Assembly (NCBI GenBank): GCA_963662615.2
Contig: CAXXSR010000002.1
Coordinates: forward strand, 544,001 to 608,000
Length of the DNA stretch: 64,000 bases
DNA from: Dehalococcoidia bacterium
Lineage (GTDB): Bacteria; Chloroflexota; Dehalococcoidia; Bin125
Direction of reading: 5' to 3'
Shown piece after piece: positions 55,642-64,000 of the stretch; position 1 is the first letter of the stretch; each line of letters begins with the position of its first letter. The notes beneath the pieces were generated by a model. That model made no database searches and had not been told where the DNA came from. It saw nothing but the letters and a program-made list of their open reading frames with translations. A program made the position numbers and the translations under genes.

Positions 55642-57870
55642 CCCGCTGAGCAGGCTCCGCTCCAGAACGTTGCGGACAATGGGCCCGGCCTCTTTGGCCC
55701 CGGACTCGCCGTTGTCCAGCACTACGGTCGCCACCAGCCGGGGGTTGCTGACGTTGGCGTAGGCCACGAAGAGGACGTGATTCTGCTCGTCTCGGTCCTC
55801 GGCGGTCCCGGACTTCCCCGCCGCCGCCAGCGGCGTATCCCGGAAGGCGGTCCAGCCCGTGCCGTTCAGGACGACCTGGCGGGTGGCGTTACGGAGGTAG
55901 GCGTGCGTGGCGGCGGAAATCGGCAGGACGCCAATGGGCGTGGCGCTGAACTGCTCCACAATCTCCCCCTCCGGCGTGCGCAGCGAGTGCACGGCGAGCG
56001 GCGTGCGCAAGAGCCCGTCGGTCGCCAGCGCCGCGTACGCGTTGGTGATCTGCAGCGGCGTGGTGAGGAGAAAGCCTTGGCCAATGCTCATGTTGACGGT
56101 GTCGCCGGTGTACCAGAAGTCGTTCCGATTGATCCGCTTCCATTCCGGGCCGGGATTCACCCCGGCCTCTTCGTGAACGCCAATGGCCCCCGTCTCTTCC
56201 CCGAAGCCGAAGCCGGCGGAGAACTGGGTGAGCGCGTTCTCGTCGCGACGGTGCAACTCCTGGCCGACCTGATAAAAGACCGTGTTGCAGCTCTCCGCCA
56301 GCGCCTGGGTCAGGCTCAGCAAGCCCCGATCCTCCTCCTGCCAGTTCTTCAGCGGCGTCTCGTCCCCTAGCCCTCGCCACACCGCCGGGCAGTCCAGTCG
56401 CGCCTGCTCGTCGAAGCCACCCACCTCCAGCCCCGCCGCCAGCGTCACGACCTTGAAGATGGAGCCGGGCGGGTACAGCCGTTCCGCCGTCCGGTTCACG
56501 AACGGTTGGCGCTCATCTTCAAAGTAGAGTGCGAACTCCTCTTGGGTGAGGCCGCGGATGAACGCGTTCGGATCGAAGCGGGGGTATGAGGCCAGCGCCA
56601 GCAATTCGTTCGTGCGCGGATCCATCACCACCACCGCGCCGGTCTCCTCCCCCAGCGCCGCCTCCGCGACCCGCTGGATGCGGGTGTCCAACGTCAAGTA
56701 GACGTCCCGCGACGGCAGCAGCGCCTGCGCCGCGATCTCCCGAACCACCTGGCCGTCCGGCGAAATGATCGTCAGCCGGCCGCCGCGCTTCCCGGCCAGC
56801 TCCTGCTCAAAGATCGCCTCCACGCCGTCGCGACCCACCATGTCGCCCGACTGGTACCCCTCAATCGCCAGCGTCTCCAGCTCCTCCTCATTGATCTCGG
56901 CCATGAATCCCACCACGTGCGCGGCCAGCTCGCTCTGCGGATAGGTGCGCTGCGTCTCCCGTCGCACCAGGACGCCCAGGTCGGCCAGCTGCTCGAAACT
57001 CTCCACCAGCGCCGGATCCACGTCGTATGGCAGCCGCACAATCGGGATGAAGAAGTAGGAGGGCATGTTCTGGAACATCAGGTCGCGCACTGCCTGGTCG
57101 TCCAGCTCCAGCCGCTCCACGAACAGGTCGATCACGGCATCCTCGTCGCTGATCAGCTCGTGTGAAATGCCAATGACGATGATCTCCCCCTGAGTGGCCA
57201 AGGGCTCGCCGTTGCGATCGAAGATCTCGCCGCGCTCCGGGACGTCAACAAAGCGGTGCACCAAGTAGCCGCGCTCGCCCAGCCCCGCAAAGATGAGATC
57301 CGGGCTCCAATCCACCACCCAGCCCGGCTGGCGCCGCGTGGGCGCGAAGACCCGTTCCTCAATCTCGCCAAAGAAGACCGTGTCGTAGGAGAGGACCACC
57401 TCAATCCCGGCCACGTTTTCCCCCGGCGGCGGGACCACTTCCCAGCGAACGCCGCGGATCGTGGCTTCCTCCCAGATGTCGCGGTAGCGCTCGGCGAACT
57501 CCTCGGCCGTCGTTAGCTCTCGCGCCTCCAAGCTGGCCAGCCGGTAGGCGTCTTCAAACCGTTCTGCCGCGACCAGGGCGAAGAACTTCTGCACCGCTTC
57601 CAGCGCCGTCAGCGGCGCCTTCGACAGGTCCAGTAGGTCCTCTTCTGGCGGCGGGGCGACGTCGACCGGGCCCAGGCCGCTCTCGTCCGGCTCGGCCTGC
57701 GACTCGATCTCCTCCGCCGCTGCCGGCTCCTCCGCTGCGTCGAAGAATTCGGAAAGGTCGCGGTCGCCCTCGCCGCCGAAAATGCAGCCGCTGCTGACCA
57801 AGAGGGCGTACAGGAGAACTGCGATGGTGAGAAGCGCCGTGAGAATCGCGTGACGCCGGCGCATGAGCAT
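55630..57870 (-). CDS. Class B penicillin-binding protein (PBP2/MrdA-like) with NTF2/MecA-type N-terminal domain
   Basis: RGEIFDRNG, SIFK (SxxK), SCN (SxN), KSGT; possible lipobox SSGC. Confidence 0.92.
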   Translation of the reverse strand: MLMRRRHAILTALLTIAVLLYALLVSSGCIFGGEGDRDLSEFFDAAEEPAAAEEIESQAEPDESGLGPVDVAPPPEEDLLDLSKAPLTALEAVQKFFALVAAERFEDAYRLASLEARELTTAEEFAERYRDIWEEATIRGVRWEVVPPPGENVAGIEVVLSYDTVFFGEIEERVFAPTRRQPGWVVDWSPDLIFAGLGERGYLVHRFVDVPERGEIFDRNGEPLATQGEIIVIGISHELISDEDAVIDLFVERLELDDQAVRDLMFQNMPSYFFIPIVRLPYDVDPALVESFEQLADLGVLVRRETQRTYPQSELAAHVVGFMAEINEEELETLAIEGYQSGDMVGRDGVEAIFEQELAGKRGGRLTIISPDGQVVREIAAQALLPSRDVYLTLDTRIQRVAEAALGEETGAVVVMDPRTNELLALASYPRFDPNAFIRGLTQEEFALYFEDERQPFVNRTAERLYPPGSIFKVVTLAAGLEVGGFDEQARLDCPAVWRGLGDETPLKNWQEEDRGLLSLTQALAESCNTVFYQVGQELHRRDENALTQFSAGFGFGEETGAIGVHEEAGVNPGPEWKRINRNDFWYTGDTVNMSIGQGFLLTTPLQITNAYAALATDGLLRTPLAVHSLRTPEGEIVEQFSATPIGVLPISAATHAYLRNATRQVVLNGTGWTAFRDTPLAAAGKSGTAEDRDEQNHVLFVAYANVSNPRLVATVVLDNGESGAKEAGPIVRNVLERSLLSGWVP

Positions 57871-58016
57871 GCGTCGCCTCAGTGCTCCGCCAGGGCCCGC
57901 TGCCAGGCAGTATACGCCGCTTTCGCGCCGCGCGAGCGGACCACCGCCCCGAACCCGTGCCGCGACGCCCTCCCGCCCGTACCGTTGTGCCCCTTGGGAG
58001 TCGTAGGATCCAGAGC

Positions 58017-59279
58017 ATGTTCCCAGGCGCTCTCCGTCCCGTCGTCTTGGCCCTCTTTGCGGGCGCCGCGCTGGCGGCCGCCTGTGGTGGTGGCAGCGGC
58101 GAGGACGCCCGCGCCGACGAGGACGCCCGCAGCGAGGACGCCCCCACCGAGCCGCGTCCGCTGGAACTGGACGCCGTCCCCATCTCCGCCGGCAGCCCGC
58201 GGACGTTCGCCATGGGCTTCATGGCCATCCCGGCCTCGCTCTCGGAGAGCGCCTACGTGCGGGTCTTCGACGTCGCCGCTGAGCACGGCGACCTGATCAT
58301 GATCCTGCGTGGCCTGCCCTGGGCGGAGGTGGGGCCCGGCGCCCACTTGCTGCCGACGACGGAGGCGACGATTCAGCGCGAGACGGCGCTGGTGCGGGAG
58401 CGCGATTTGGAGCTGCTCTTCGCCATCGATCCCTGGGAGCCCACCGACCGCGGCCGCCTCGTCGGCGACGCGCCCGGCGACAACTTCACCGATCCGGCGG
58501 TGGTTGAGGCCTACCTCGCCTATGTGGAGCTGGTGGTGACCCGCTACCGGCCTCGCTGGCTCGCCCTCGCCGTAGACTTGGACCAGTTCGCCGTCGCCCA
58601 ACCCGCTGATGTGCGCGCCTTTCACGCCGCCTACATCCGCGCCTACCGGCGGGTGAAAGAGCTGGCTCCCGAGACGCGTGTCTTCGCGACCTTTCAGTTG
58701 GAGGATCTCCAGGGGCTCCTGCCCTGGGGAGAGCCCCATGCGCCGCAGTGGTCGCTCATCCTTCGCTTCGCGCCTGTCTTGGACGTCTTGGCCTTCAGCA
58801 CCTTTCCCTCCTTTCTCTTCCCCTTCCCCAGCGACATCCCCAACCAGTACTACTCTCGCCTCAGCGCCTTCGCCAAGCCGATCGCCTTGGTGCCCGTGGG
58901 GTACGCTTCGGATGCGGGCAGGGACGGCGTCACCTACGGGACGCCGGGTGGCCAGCGACGCTTCCTCGAACGCCTCCTCGCCGAGACCGGCGCGCCCCCC
59001 TGGGCGCTCGTGGTCTGGTTGGCGCCGGACGATCCGCAATTCGCCACCGCCGGCCCCTACGACTTGCTCAGCCACATGGGCCTGCGCGATGGTCGAGGCA
59101 CCGCCAAGCCTGCCTGGTCCGTCTGGGCCGAGCAGGCGCGGCGTCCCTGGGCCCCCCTTCCCTTCGACGCCGGACCCGCCGCCGACGCCGATGGCGGCCT
59201 CTCCTCTGACGCGGAGGCCGGCCCCGTCGGCGCCGCTGGCGACCCGTCGCCCTCACGCGTGTCCCCGGCTGGGGGCTAG
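58017..59279 (+). CDS. Lipoprotein with a putative TIM-barrel glycoside-hydrolase-like fold
   Basis: Lipobox LAAAC; YRPRWLAL, VKELAPETRVF, KPIAL, MGLRDGRGTAKPAWSVW. Confidence 0.65.
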   Translation: MFPGALRPVVLALFAGAALAAACGGGSGEDARADEDARSEDAPTEPRPLELDAVPISAGSPRTFAMGFMAIPASLSESAYVRVFDVAAEHGDLIMILRGLPWAEVGPGAHLLPTTEATIQRETALVRERDLELLFAIDPWEPTDRGRLVGDAPGDNFTDPAVVEAYLAYVELVVTRYRPRWLALAVDLDQFAVAQPADVRAFHAAYIRAYRRVKELAPETRVFATFQLEDLQGLLPWGEPHAPQWSLILRFAPVLDVLAFSTFPSFLFPFPSDIPNQYYSRLSAFAKPIALVPVGYASDAGRDGVTYGTPGGQRRFLERLLAETGAPPWALVVWLAPDDPQFATAGPYDLLSHMGLRDGRGTAKPAWSVWAEQARRPWAPLPFDAGPAADADGGLSSDAEAGPVGAAGDPSPSRVSPAGG

Positions 59280-59406
59280 GGCAGCGCCGGCGTCCGCCCG
59301 CAGCCCGGTAACGCTCTGGCATAACAAGGGGGGTCGCTGATCCGTCCACCAGCCTCCAGAATGGATGGGGTGATCCGGTCAGGCCGGCGCGCCCAGGGAG
59401 GGTCGC

Positions 59407-60678
59407 ATGATGCCGGGACCACGCCTGAGGAAATCGTTGTTCGTTGGGTTCGCTGCCGCTGCGCTCATCGCGCTGGCGCCGGCGCTACACGGCGCTCACG
59501 GCCTTCCCCCCGCGCTCTTCTTCGGCAGCACCGCCGATGTCACCATCGACGGTGCTCCCTACGACGGCGAGACGCCGATCGAGGTTATCGACGGCGACGC
59601 CGTCGGCGCCGTCAACGCTGACGTCGTCCTCAGTCTGGCCACCCAGGCCCTAGCCACGCAGCGCACTTTGGAGCTGGTGCCCGGCTCCAACTTCCTCACC
59701 TACAGCGGACCCAATGTCAGCATCGCCGGCCTGGTGGAGGGCTTCCCCAACGCGGACGCCATTGAGGCCATCTTCGCCTTCGATTCCTCCACGCAGACCT
59801 ACCAAACAGCCCGGCCCGCTGGTCCCGCCTTCCTCGACACGCTGGACGGCCTCGTGCAGAACCAGACCTACGTCTTCAGCATGAGCGCCCCCGTCACTTG
59901 GCAGATGCCCATCGCCCCGCTGCAGAGCGACGGCCCCAATGAGGTCGCGCTCGCTGCGGGATTCACGGCGCTGCCCTGGCTTGAAGCGGACACCGCAGAC
60001 ACCACCGGGATCACAACGCGCATCGCCGACGTCGGCGCGGTGCGCGCGATCTTCACGTTCAACAACGCCACGCAGACGTTCGCGGTGCTGCGGCCCGGTC
60101 AGCCGGCCTTCCTGAGCACGCTCACGCAGGTGAGCCGCTATGATTTCCTCTTCCTCCAGGCCGACTCGCCAACCACTTGGACACAGGTCATCGTCCCGCC
60201 GCTGGCGGGCGAGGAGGAGGTCCCCGCGGCGGCCCCGACGATCGTGATGGCGAGCGTTGAGCTGAACGGCGCCGCCGGCGTCGTGACGCTGCGAAACGTC
60301 AGCGGCGCCCCGGTCAGCCTGGACGGCTACTGGTTCTGCCAGCGCCCCAACTACCACCCCTTGCCAGACGTCACGATCGCGCCGGGGGAGGAGCTGGAGG
60401 TGCGCCTGGGCAGCGGCGATGACGCGCCCGGCTTGCATTTCGCCGGCACGGCTCTGGGTTCGTTCAACGCCGCGGGCGGCGAGATCTCTCTTTACCGCGA
60501 CCAGCAATTCGGCAGCAGCGAGTCGATCGTGGCATACGCCGCCTGGGGCAGCTTCGATGGCCGCAGCGACGTCGCGCGGGAGGCCGGCATCTGGGGCGCC
60601 GCGAATGTGCAGGCCTCCCAGGGCGACACGCTCGTCTACACGGGCGGCACGGGTGCGAGCGCGTACGAAGTGCAGTGA
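59407..60678 (+). CDS. Secreted/surface protein with two internal repeats and a C-terminal lamin-tail-like domain
   Basis: GGAGG RBS, signal peptide, two copies of AIFxFxxxTQT...RPxxPAFLxTL, and VTLRNVSGAPVSLDGYWFC. Confidence 0.75.
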   Translation: MMPGPRLRKSLFVGFAAAALIALAPALHGAHGLPPALFFGSTADVTIDGAPYDGETPIEVIDGDAVGAVNADVVLSLATQALATQRTLELVPGSNFLTYSGPNVSIAGLVEGFPNADAIEAIFAFDSSTQTYQTARPAGPAFLDTLDGLVQNQTYVFSMSAPVTWQMPIAPLQSDGPNEVALAAGFTALPWLEADTADTTGITTRIADVGAVRAIFTFNNATQTFAVLRPGQPAFLSTLTQVSRYDFLFLQADSPTTWTQVIVPPLAGEEEVPAAAPTIVMASVELNGAAGVVTLRNVSGAPVSLDGYWFCQRPNYHPLPDVTIAPGEELEVRLGSGDDAPGLHFAGTALGSFNAAGGEISLYRDQQFGSSESIVAYAAWGSFDGRSDVAREAGIWGAANVQASQGDTLVYTGGTGASAYEVQ

Positions 60679-60692
60679 CCCCCTCAAACGCC

Positions 60693-60723
60693 ACGGGGCC
60701 CGGGCGTTACGCCCGGGCCCCGT
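60693..60723. terminator. 14-bp stem hairpin between convergent genes
   Basis: ACGGGGCCCGGGCG-TTA-CGCCCGGGCCCCGT. Confidence 0.75.
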
Positions 60724-60752
60724 TCCTGCCCCACCCGTGATCGTCGGCCTGC

Positions 60753-63251
60753 TTAGGCCGACATCGCCTCGGGCTCCTTGGCTGTCTCCGCGTCCGGGCG
60801 CGTGAACACGTCCGGCTTGCGCTCGAATCGGAACTCGCCCTTCACGAAGTCCACCGTGATCCGGTCCCCCTCCTCGTAGCGCCCGGCCAGCAGCTCCTTA
60901 CTCAGCGGATTTTCCACCCGCCGCTGGATCACCCGCCGCAGCGGGCGCGCGCCGAAGGTGGGGTTGTACCCCTCTTCCACCAGCGCCGCTTTGGCCGCCG
61001 CCGTCAGCTCAAAGGTCAGCCCGTTCTCCTGCAGCCGTTCCCGCTCCTCGGCGGCCATCAAATCGACGATCTGCAGCAGCTCGTCCTGGGTCAGCGGCTC
61101 GAAGACGATCACCTCATCAACCCGGTTCAGGAACTCCGGCCGGAAGAACTCGCGCAGGGCCCGCTCCGCCCGCTCCACCCGCCCCCGCTGTTCGCTCTCA
61201 CTGGCGGAGCGGGTCTGGCTGATGAAGCCCAGCCCCCTCTCGGCTTCCCGGCCGGTCCCCAGATTGCTGGTCATGATCAGCACCGTGTTGCGAAAGTCCA
61301 CCGTGCGCCCGTGTCCGTCCGTGAGCCGGCCGTCGTCCATGACCTGCAACAGCAGGTTGAATACGTCCGCGTGCGCCTTTTCGATCTCGTCCAGCAGGAT
61401 CACGCGGAAGGGCCGCCGCCGCACGAGCTCGGTGAGGCCGCCCCCCTCTTCGTAGCCCACATAGCCCGGCGGCGCGCCCACGATCCGGCTCACGGTGTGC
61501 CGCTCTTGATATTCGGACATGTCCAGCCGGACCAGCGCGTCCTCGCTGTCGAAGAGGTACTCCGCCAGCGCCTTGGCCAGCTCCGTCTTGCCCACGCCCG
61601 TGGGCCCCAGGAAGACGAAGGAGCCAATCGGCCGCTTGGGGTCCTTGAGCCCAGACCGCGCCCGACGGATCGCGTCGGCCAGCACGGTGATCGCCGTGTC
61701 CTGGCCGATCACGCGGTTGTGCAACTCCTCCTCAATGTGGAGGAGCTTCTCCGCCTCGCCCGCCAGCATGCGCTGTACCGGGATGGCCGTGATATCCGCG
61801 ACCAGCTCGGCGATGTCGCGCTCGCCGACTTCGTCGGTGGGCGGGTTCTCCGCCTCCCACTCCGCCTTGCGACGGCGGTAGTCCTCCTGGATCTGTAGTA
61901 GCTCCTGCCGGATCCCCGCAGCCGCCGCGAAGTCCTGCCGCTGCGCCGCCGCCTCCTGTTGGTCGCTCAACTCTTGGACCCGGCGCTCCAGGTCCGCCAC
62001 GTCCGGCGGCATGGACTGGTTGGTGATCACTCGTCGCGACGCCGCCTCATCGATCAGATCGATCGCCTTGTCCGGCAGGCGCCGCTCCGTCAAGTAGCGA
62101 TGACTGAGCTGCACGGCCGCCTCCACGGCGGCGTCGGTGATGGTCACCTTGTGGTGCGCTTCGTAGCGCGGACGCAGCCCCCTGAGAATGGCGACGCTGT
62201 CCTCCCGGCTGGGCTCGTCCAAAAACACGGGCGCGAAGCGCCGCTCCAGCGCCGTGTCCTTCTCCACGTACTGGCGATACTCGTCCAGCGTCGTGGCCCC
62301 AATCACGTGCAGCTCGCCGCGGGCCAGGGCCGGCTTCAGCATGTTCGCCGCGTCAATCGCACCTTCGGCCGCGCCGGCGCCCACCACCTGATGCAGCTCG
62401 TCAATGAGGAGGAGGATCTGCCCCTCCGAGGCCTTGATTTCGTCCATGACCGCGGTCAGCCGCTCCTCGAACTCGCCGCGAAACTTGGCCCCGGCCAGCA
62501 GCTGTCCCATGTCCAGGGCGAGCACGCGCTTGTCACGCAGGTTTTCGGGCACGTCCCCCGAAACGATCTTCTGCGCCAGCCCCTCCACGATGGCCGTCTT
62601 GCCCACACCCGCCTCGCCGATAATCACGGGGTTGTTCTTGCGGCGACGGTTGAGGATCTGCATCACCCGACGCACTTCAACCTCCCGGCCGATCACCGGG
62701 TCCAGCTTGCCTTCCTGCGCCAGGCGCGTGAGGTCCGTGGTGTACTTCTCCAGCGAGCGATAGCGTGACTCGGCGGTAGGCTCCGTCACGCGATGACTGC
62801 CGCGGATCTTTTGCAGCGCCCGGTAGACGCGCTCCTGCGTGACGCCGTGCTGTCCCAGGATGGTGGCGGCGGTCTCGTATGGCTGCGGCCCGTCCGCCAC
62901 CCCGGCGATGGCGATCAGCAGGTGCTCCACTCCCACGTATTCATCCTTGAGCCGCTCCGCTTCGGCATTGGCGCGCTCCAGCATCTTCACCACCCGCGGG
63001 GTCGTGTAGACCTGCACCACGTCTTGGGCGAGCTTGGGCGTGGCCTCCAACGTGGCCTGCGCGTCCGCCGCCAGCTTCCGGGCATCCACGCCCAGCTCCT
63101 TGAAGAGGTCGGCCGCCAGCCCGTCCGCCGTCGCCAGGGCCAAGAGCACGTGCTCCACGTCCCACTGGGCGTGGCGGCTCTGCCGCACCAGCTCCTGGCT
63201 GCCCCCTAGCACCTGCTGCGCCTGCTCGGTAAAGCGGTCTTGTCGCATCAT
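60753..63251 (-). CDS. clpC: ClpC/ClpB-family AAA+ chaperone (short UVR-type middle domain, ClpC-like)
   Basis: [45 protein letters not shown] loop, GARPLRR. Confidence 0.85.
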   Translation of the reverse strand: MMRQDRFTEQAQQVLGGSQELVRQSRHAQWDVEHVLLALATADGLAADLFKELGVDARKLAADAQATLEATPKLAQDVVQVYTTPRVVKMLERANAEAERLKDEYVGVEHLLIAIAGVADGPQPYETAATILGQHGVTQERVYRALQKIRGSHRVTEPTAESRYRSLEKYTTDLTRLAQEGKLDPVIGREVEVRRVMQILNRRRKNNPVIIGEAGVGKTAIVEGLAQKIVSGDVPENLRDKRVLALDMGQLLAGAKFRGEFEERLTAVMDEIKASEGQILLLIDELHQVVGAGAAEGAIDAANMLKPALARGELHVIGATTLDEYRQYVEKDTALERRFAPVFLDEPSREDSVAILRGLRPRYEAHHKVTITDAAVEAAVQLSHRYLTERRLPDKAIDLIDEAASRRVITNQSMPPDVADLERRVQELSDQQEAAAQRQDFAAAAGIRQELLQIQEDYRRRKAEWEAENPPTDEVGERDIAELVADITAIPVQRMLAGEAEKLLHIEEELHNRVIGQDTAITVLADAIRRARSGLKDPKRPIGSFVFLGPTGVGKTELAKALAEYLFDSEDALVRLDMSEYQERHTVSRIVGAPPGYVGYEEGGGLTELVRRRPFRVILLDEIEKAHADVFNLLLQVMDDGRLTDGHGRTVDFRNTVLIMTSNLGTGREAERGLGFISQTRSASESEQRGRVERAERALREFFRPEFLNRVDEVIVFEPLTQDELLQIVDLMAAEERERLQENGLTFELTAAAKAALVEEGYNPTFGARPLRRVIQRRVENPLSKELLAGRYEEGDRITVDFVKGEFRFERKPDVFTRPDAETAKEPEAMSA

Positions 63252-63311
63252 CTCGATCTTGTGCTCTCCTCCGCCGGGCCGCGCCCCTGATCGGGGCGGC
63301 GCACCGGCGAG

Positions 63312-63641
63312 CTACGGCCGCGGCGCCGGCAGCTGCCGGTCGCGCTGCTGTTGCAGCTCTTCCCGCAGGCTCTCGACTTCCGCCTGCAGCCCCTCGATTC
63401 GCTCCGTGAGGTTCAGGATCACGTCCACGCCCGCCAGATTCACCCGCAACTCCTCGACCAGCCGCCGAATCAGCCGCAGCCGCTCGACGTCCTCGTCTGA
63501 AAACATCCGCACTCCGCCGGGCGAACGCGCGGGGGCGATCAGCCCTTCCCGCTCGTAGGCCCGCAACGTTTGCGGATGCACGCTCATCATGCGGGCCACC
63601 ACGCTGATCACGTAAAGTGGCTCCTGACGGTCCCGTACCAC
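63312..63641 (-). CDS. hspR: MerR-family heat-shock repressor HspR
   Basis: PLYVISVVA, HPQTLRAYER, VNLAGV; located between dnaJ and clp. Confidence 0.88.
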   Translation of the reverse strand: MVRDRQEPLYVISVVARMMSVHPQTLRAYEREGLIAPARSPGGVRMFSDEDVERLRLIRRLVEELRVNLAGVDVILNLTERIEGLQAEVESLREELQQQRDRQLPAPRP

Positions 63642-63694
63642 GACTCCCTCTTTCTTGCCTGATGCTCGCTTCGCCCGCGTGCCTCGCGTCCCGA

Positions 63695-64000
63695 TCAGGC
63701 GCTGCGACGTTTCGACTCGGGCCCGTCTCCCCCGCCCTCAAGCTCCCGCAACTGCTCGAAGAGCCGGCGTTCGTCCGCGCTTAACTCCTCCGGGAGGAGC
63801 ACCTGGACCTTGGCGAAGAGGTCGCCGCGCTTGTCGCTCCCCATCACCGGCATGCCCTTGCCGGCCAGGCGGAAGACGCGCCCGTTCTGAGTCCGTTCCG
63901 GCACGCGCAGCAGTACCTGTCCCGTGACGGTTGGCACTTCCACCTCGCCGCCCAGCACCGCCGTGGTGAGCGGGATCGCCGCCTCCACGTGCAGCCCCTC
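63695..64000 (-). CDS. DnaJ/CbpA-family C-terminal domain (5' part outside the window)
   Basis: AVLGGEVEVPT, GRVFRLAGKGMP, GDLFAKV. Confidence 0.9.
   Translation of the reverse strand, partial: EGLHVEAAIPLTTAVLGGEVEVPTVTGQVLLRVPERTQNGRVFRLAGKGMPVMGSDKRGDLFAKVQVLLPEELSADERRLFEQLRELEGGGDGPESKRRSA

Overview
High-GC bacterial chromosomal segment, most consistent with Chloroflexota (Dehalococcoidia-like). This is inferred from rpoBC detached from ribosomal-protein genes and carrying lineage insertions, a type-II IleRS, a split transketolase and a dnaJ-hspR-clp arrangement. It is mostly housekeeping: secA, prs, rpoBC, groESL with a perfect CIRCE, tsaD, fbp-fba-rdgB-moaAC, folC-fabF, thpR, tkt N/C, proBA, ileS, murJ, rpsT, rodZ-like/rimO, scpB, glycerate kinase, a class B PBP and clpC-like/hspR/dnaJ. 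I found no rRNA, tRNA, CRISPR array, transposase or phage genes. The most unusual signal is a recurring set of 5-17 bp tandem duplications that copy the last codons plus stop codon of minus-strand genes (seven cases, none clear for plus-strand genes), together with intergenic duplications built around CTAG. Other points: several damaged genes (amber codon in DUF2851, frameshifts in a HAD gene and in YihY, a chimeric zinc-ribbon ORF), an unannotated 54-aa ORF, a long structured rpoB leader, a CTG-started prs, several leaderless promoters, and a PP2C-like/TM/beta-propeller protein of unknown function. All family calls come from motif recognition, not database searches.
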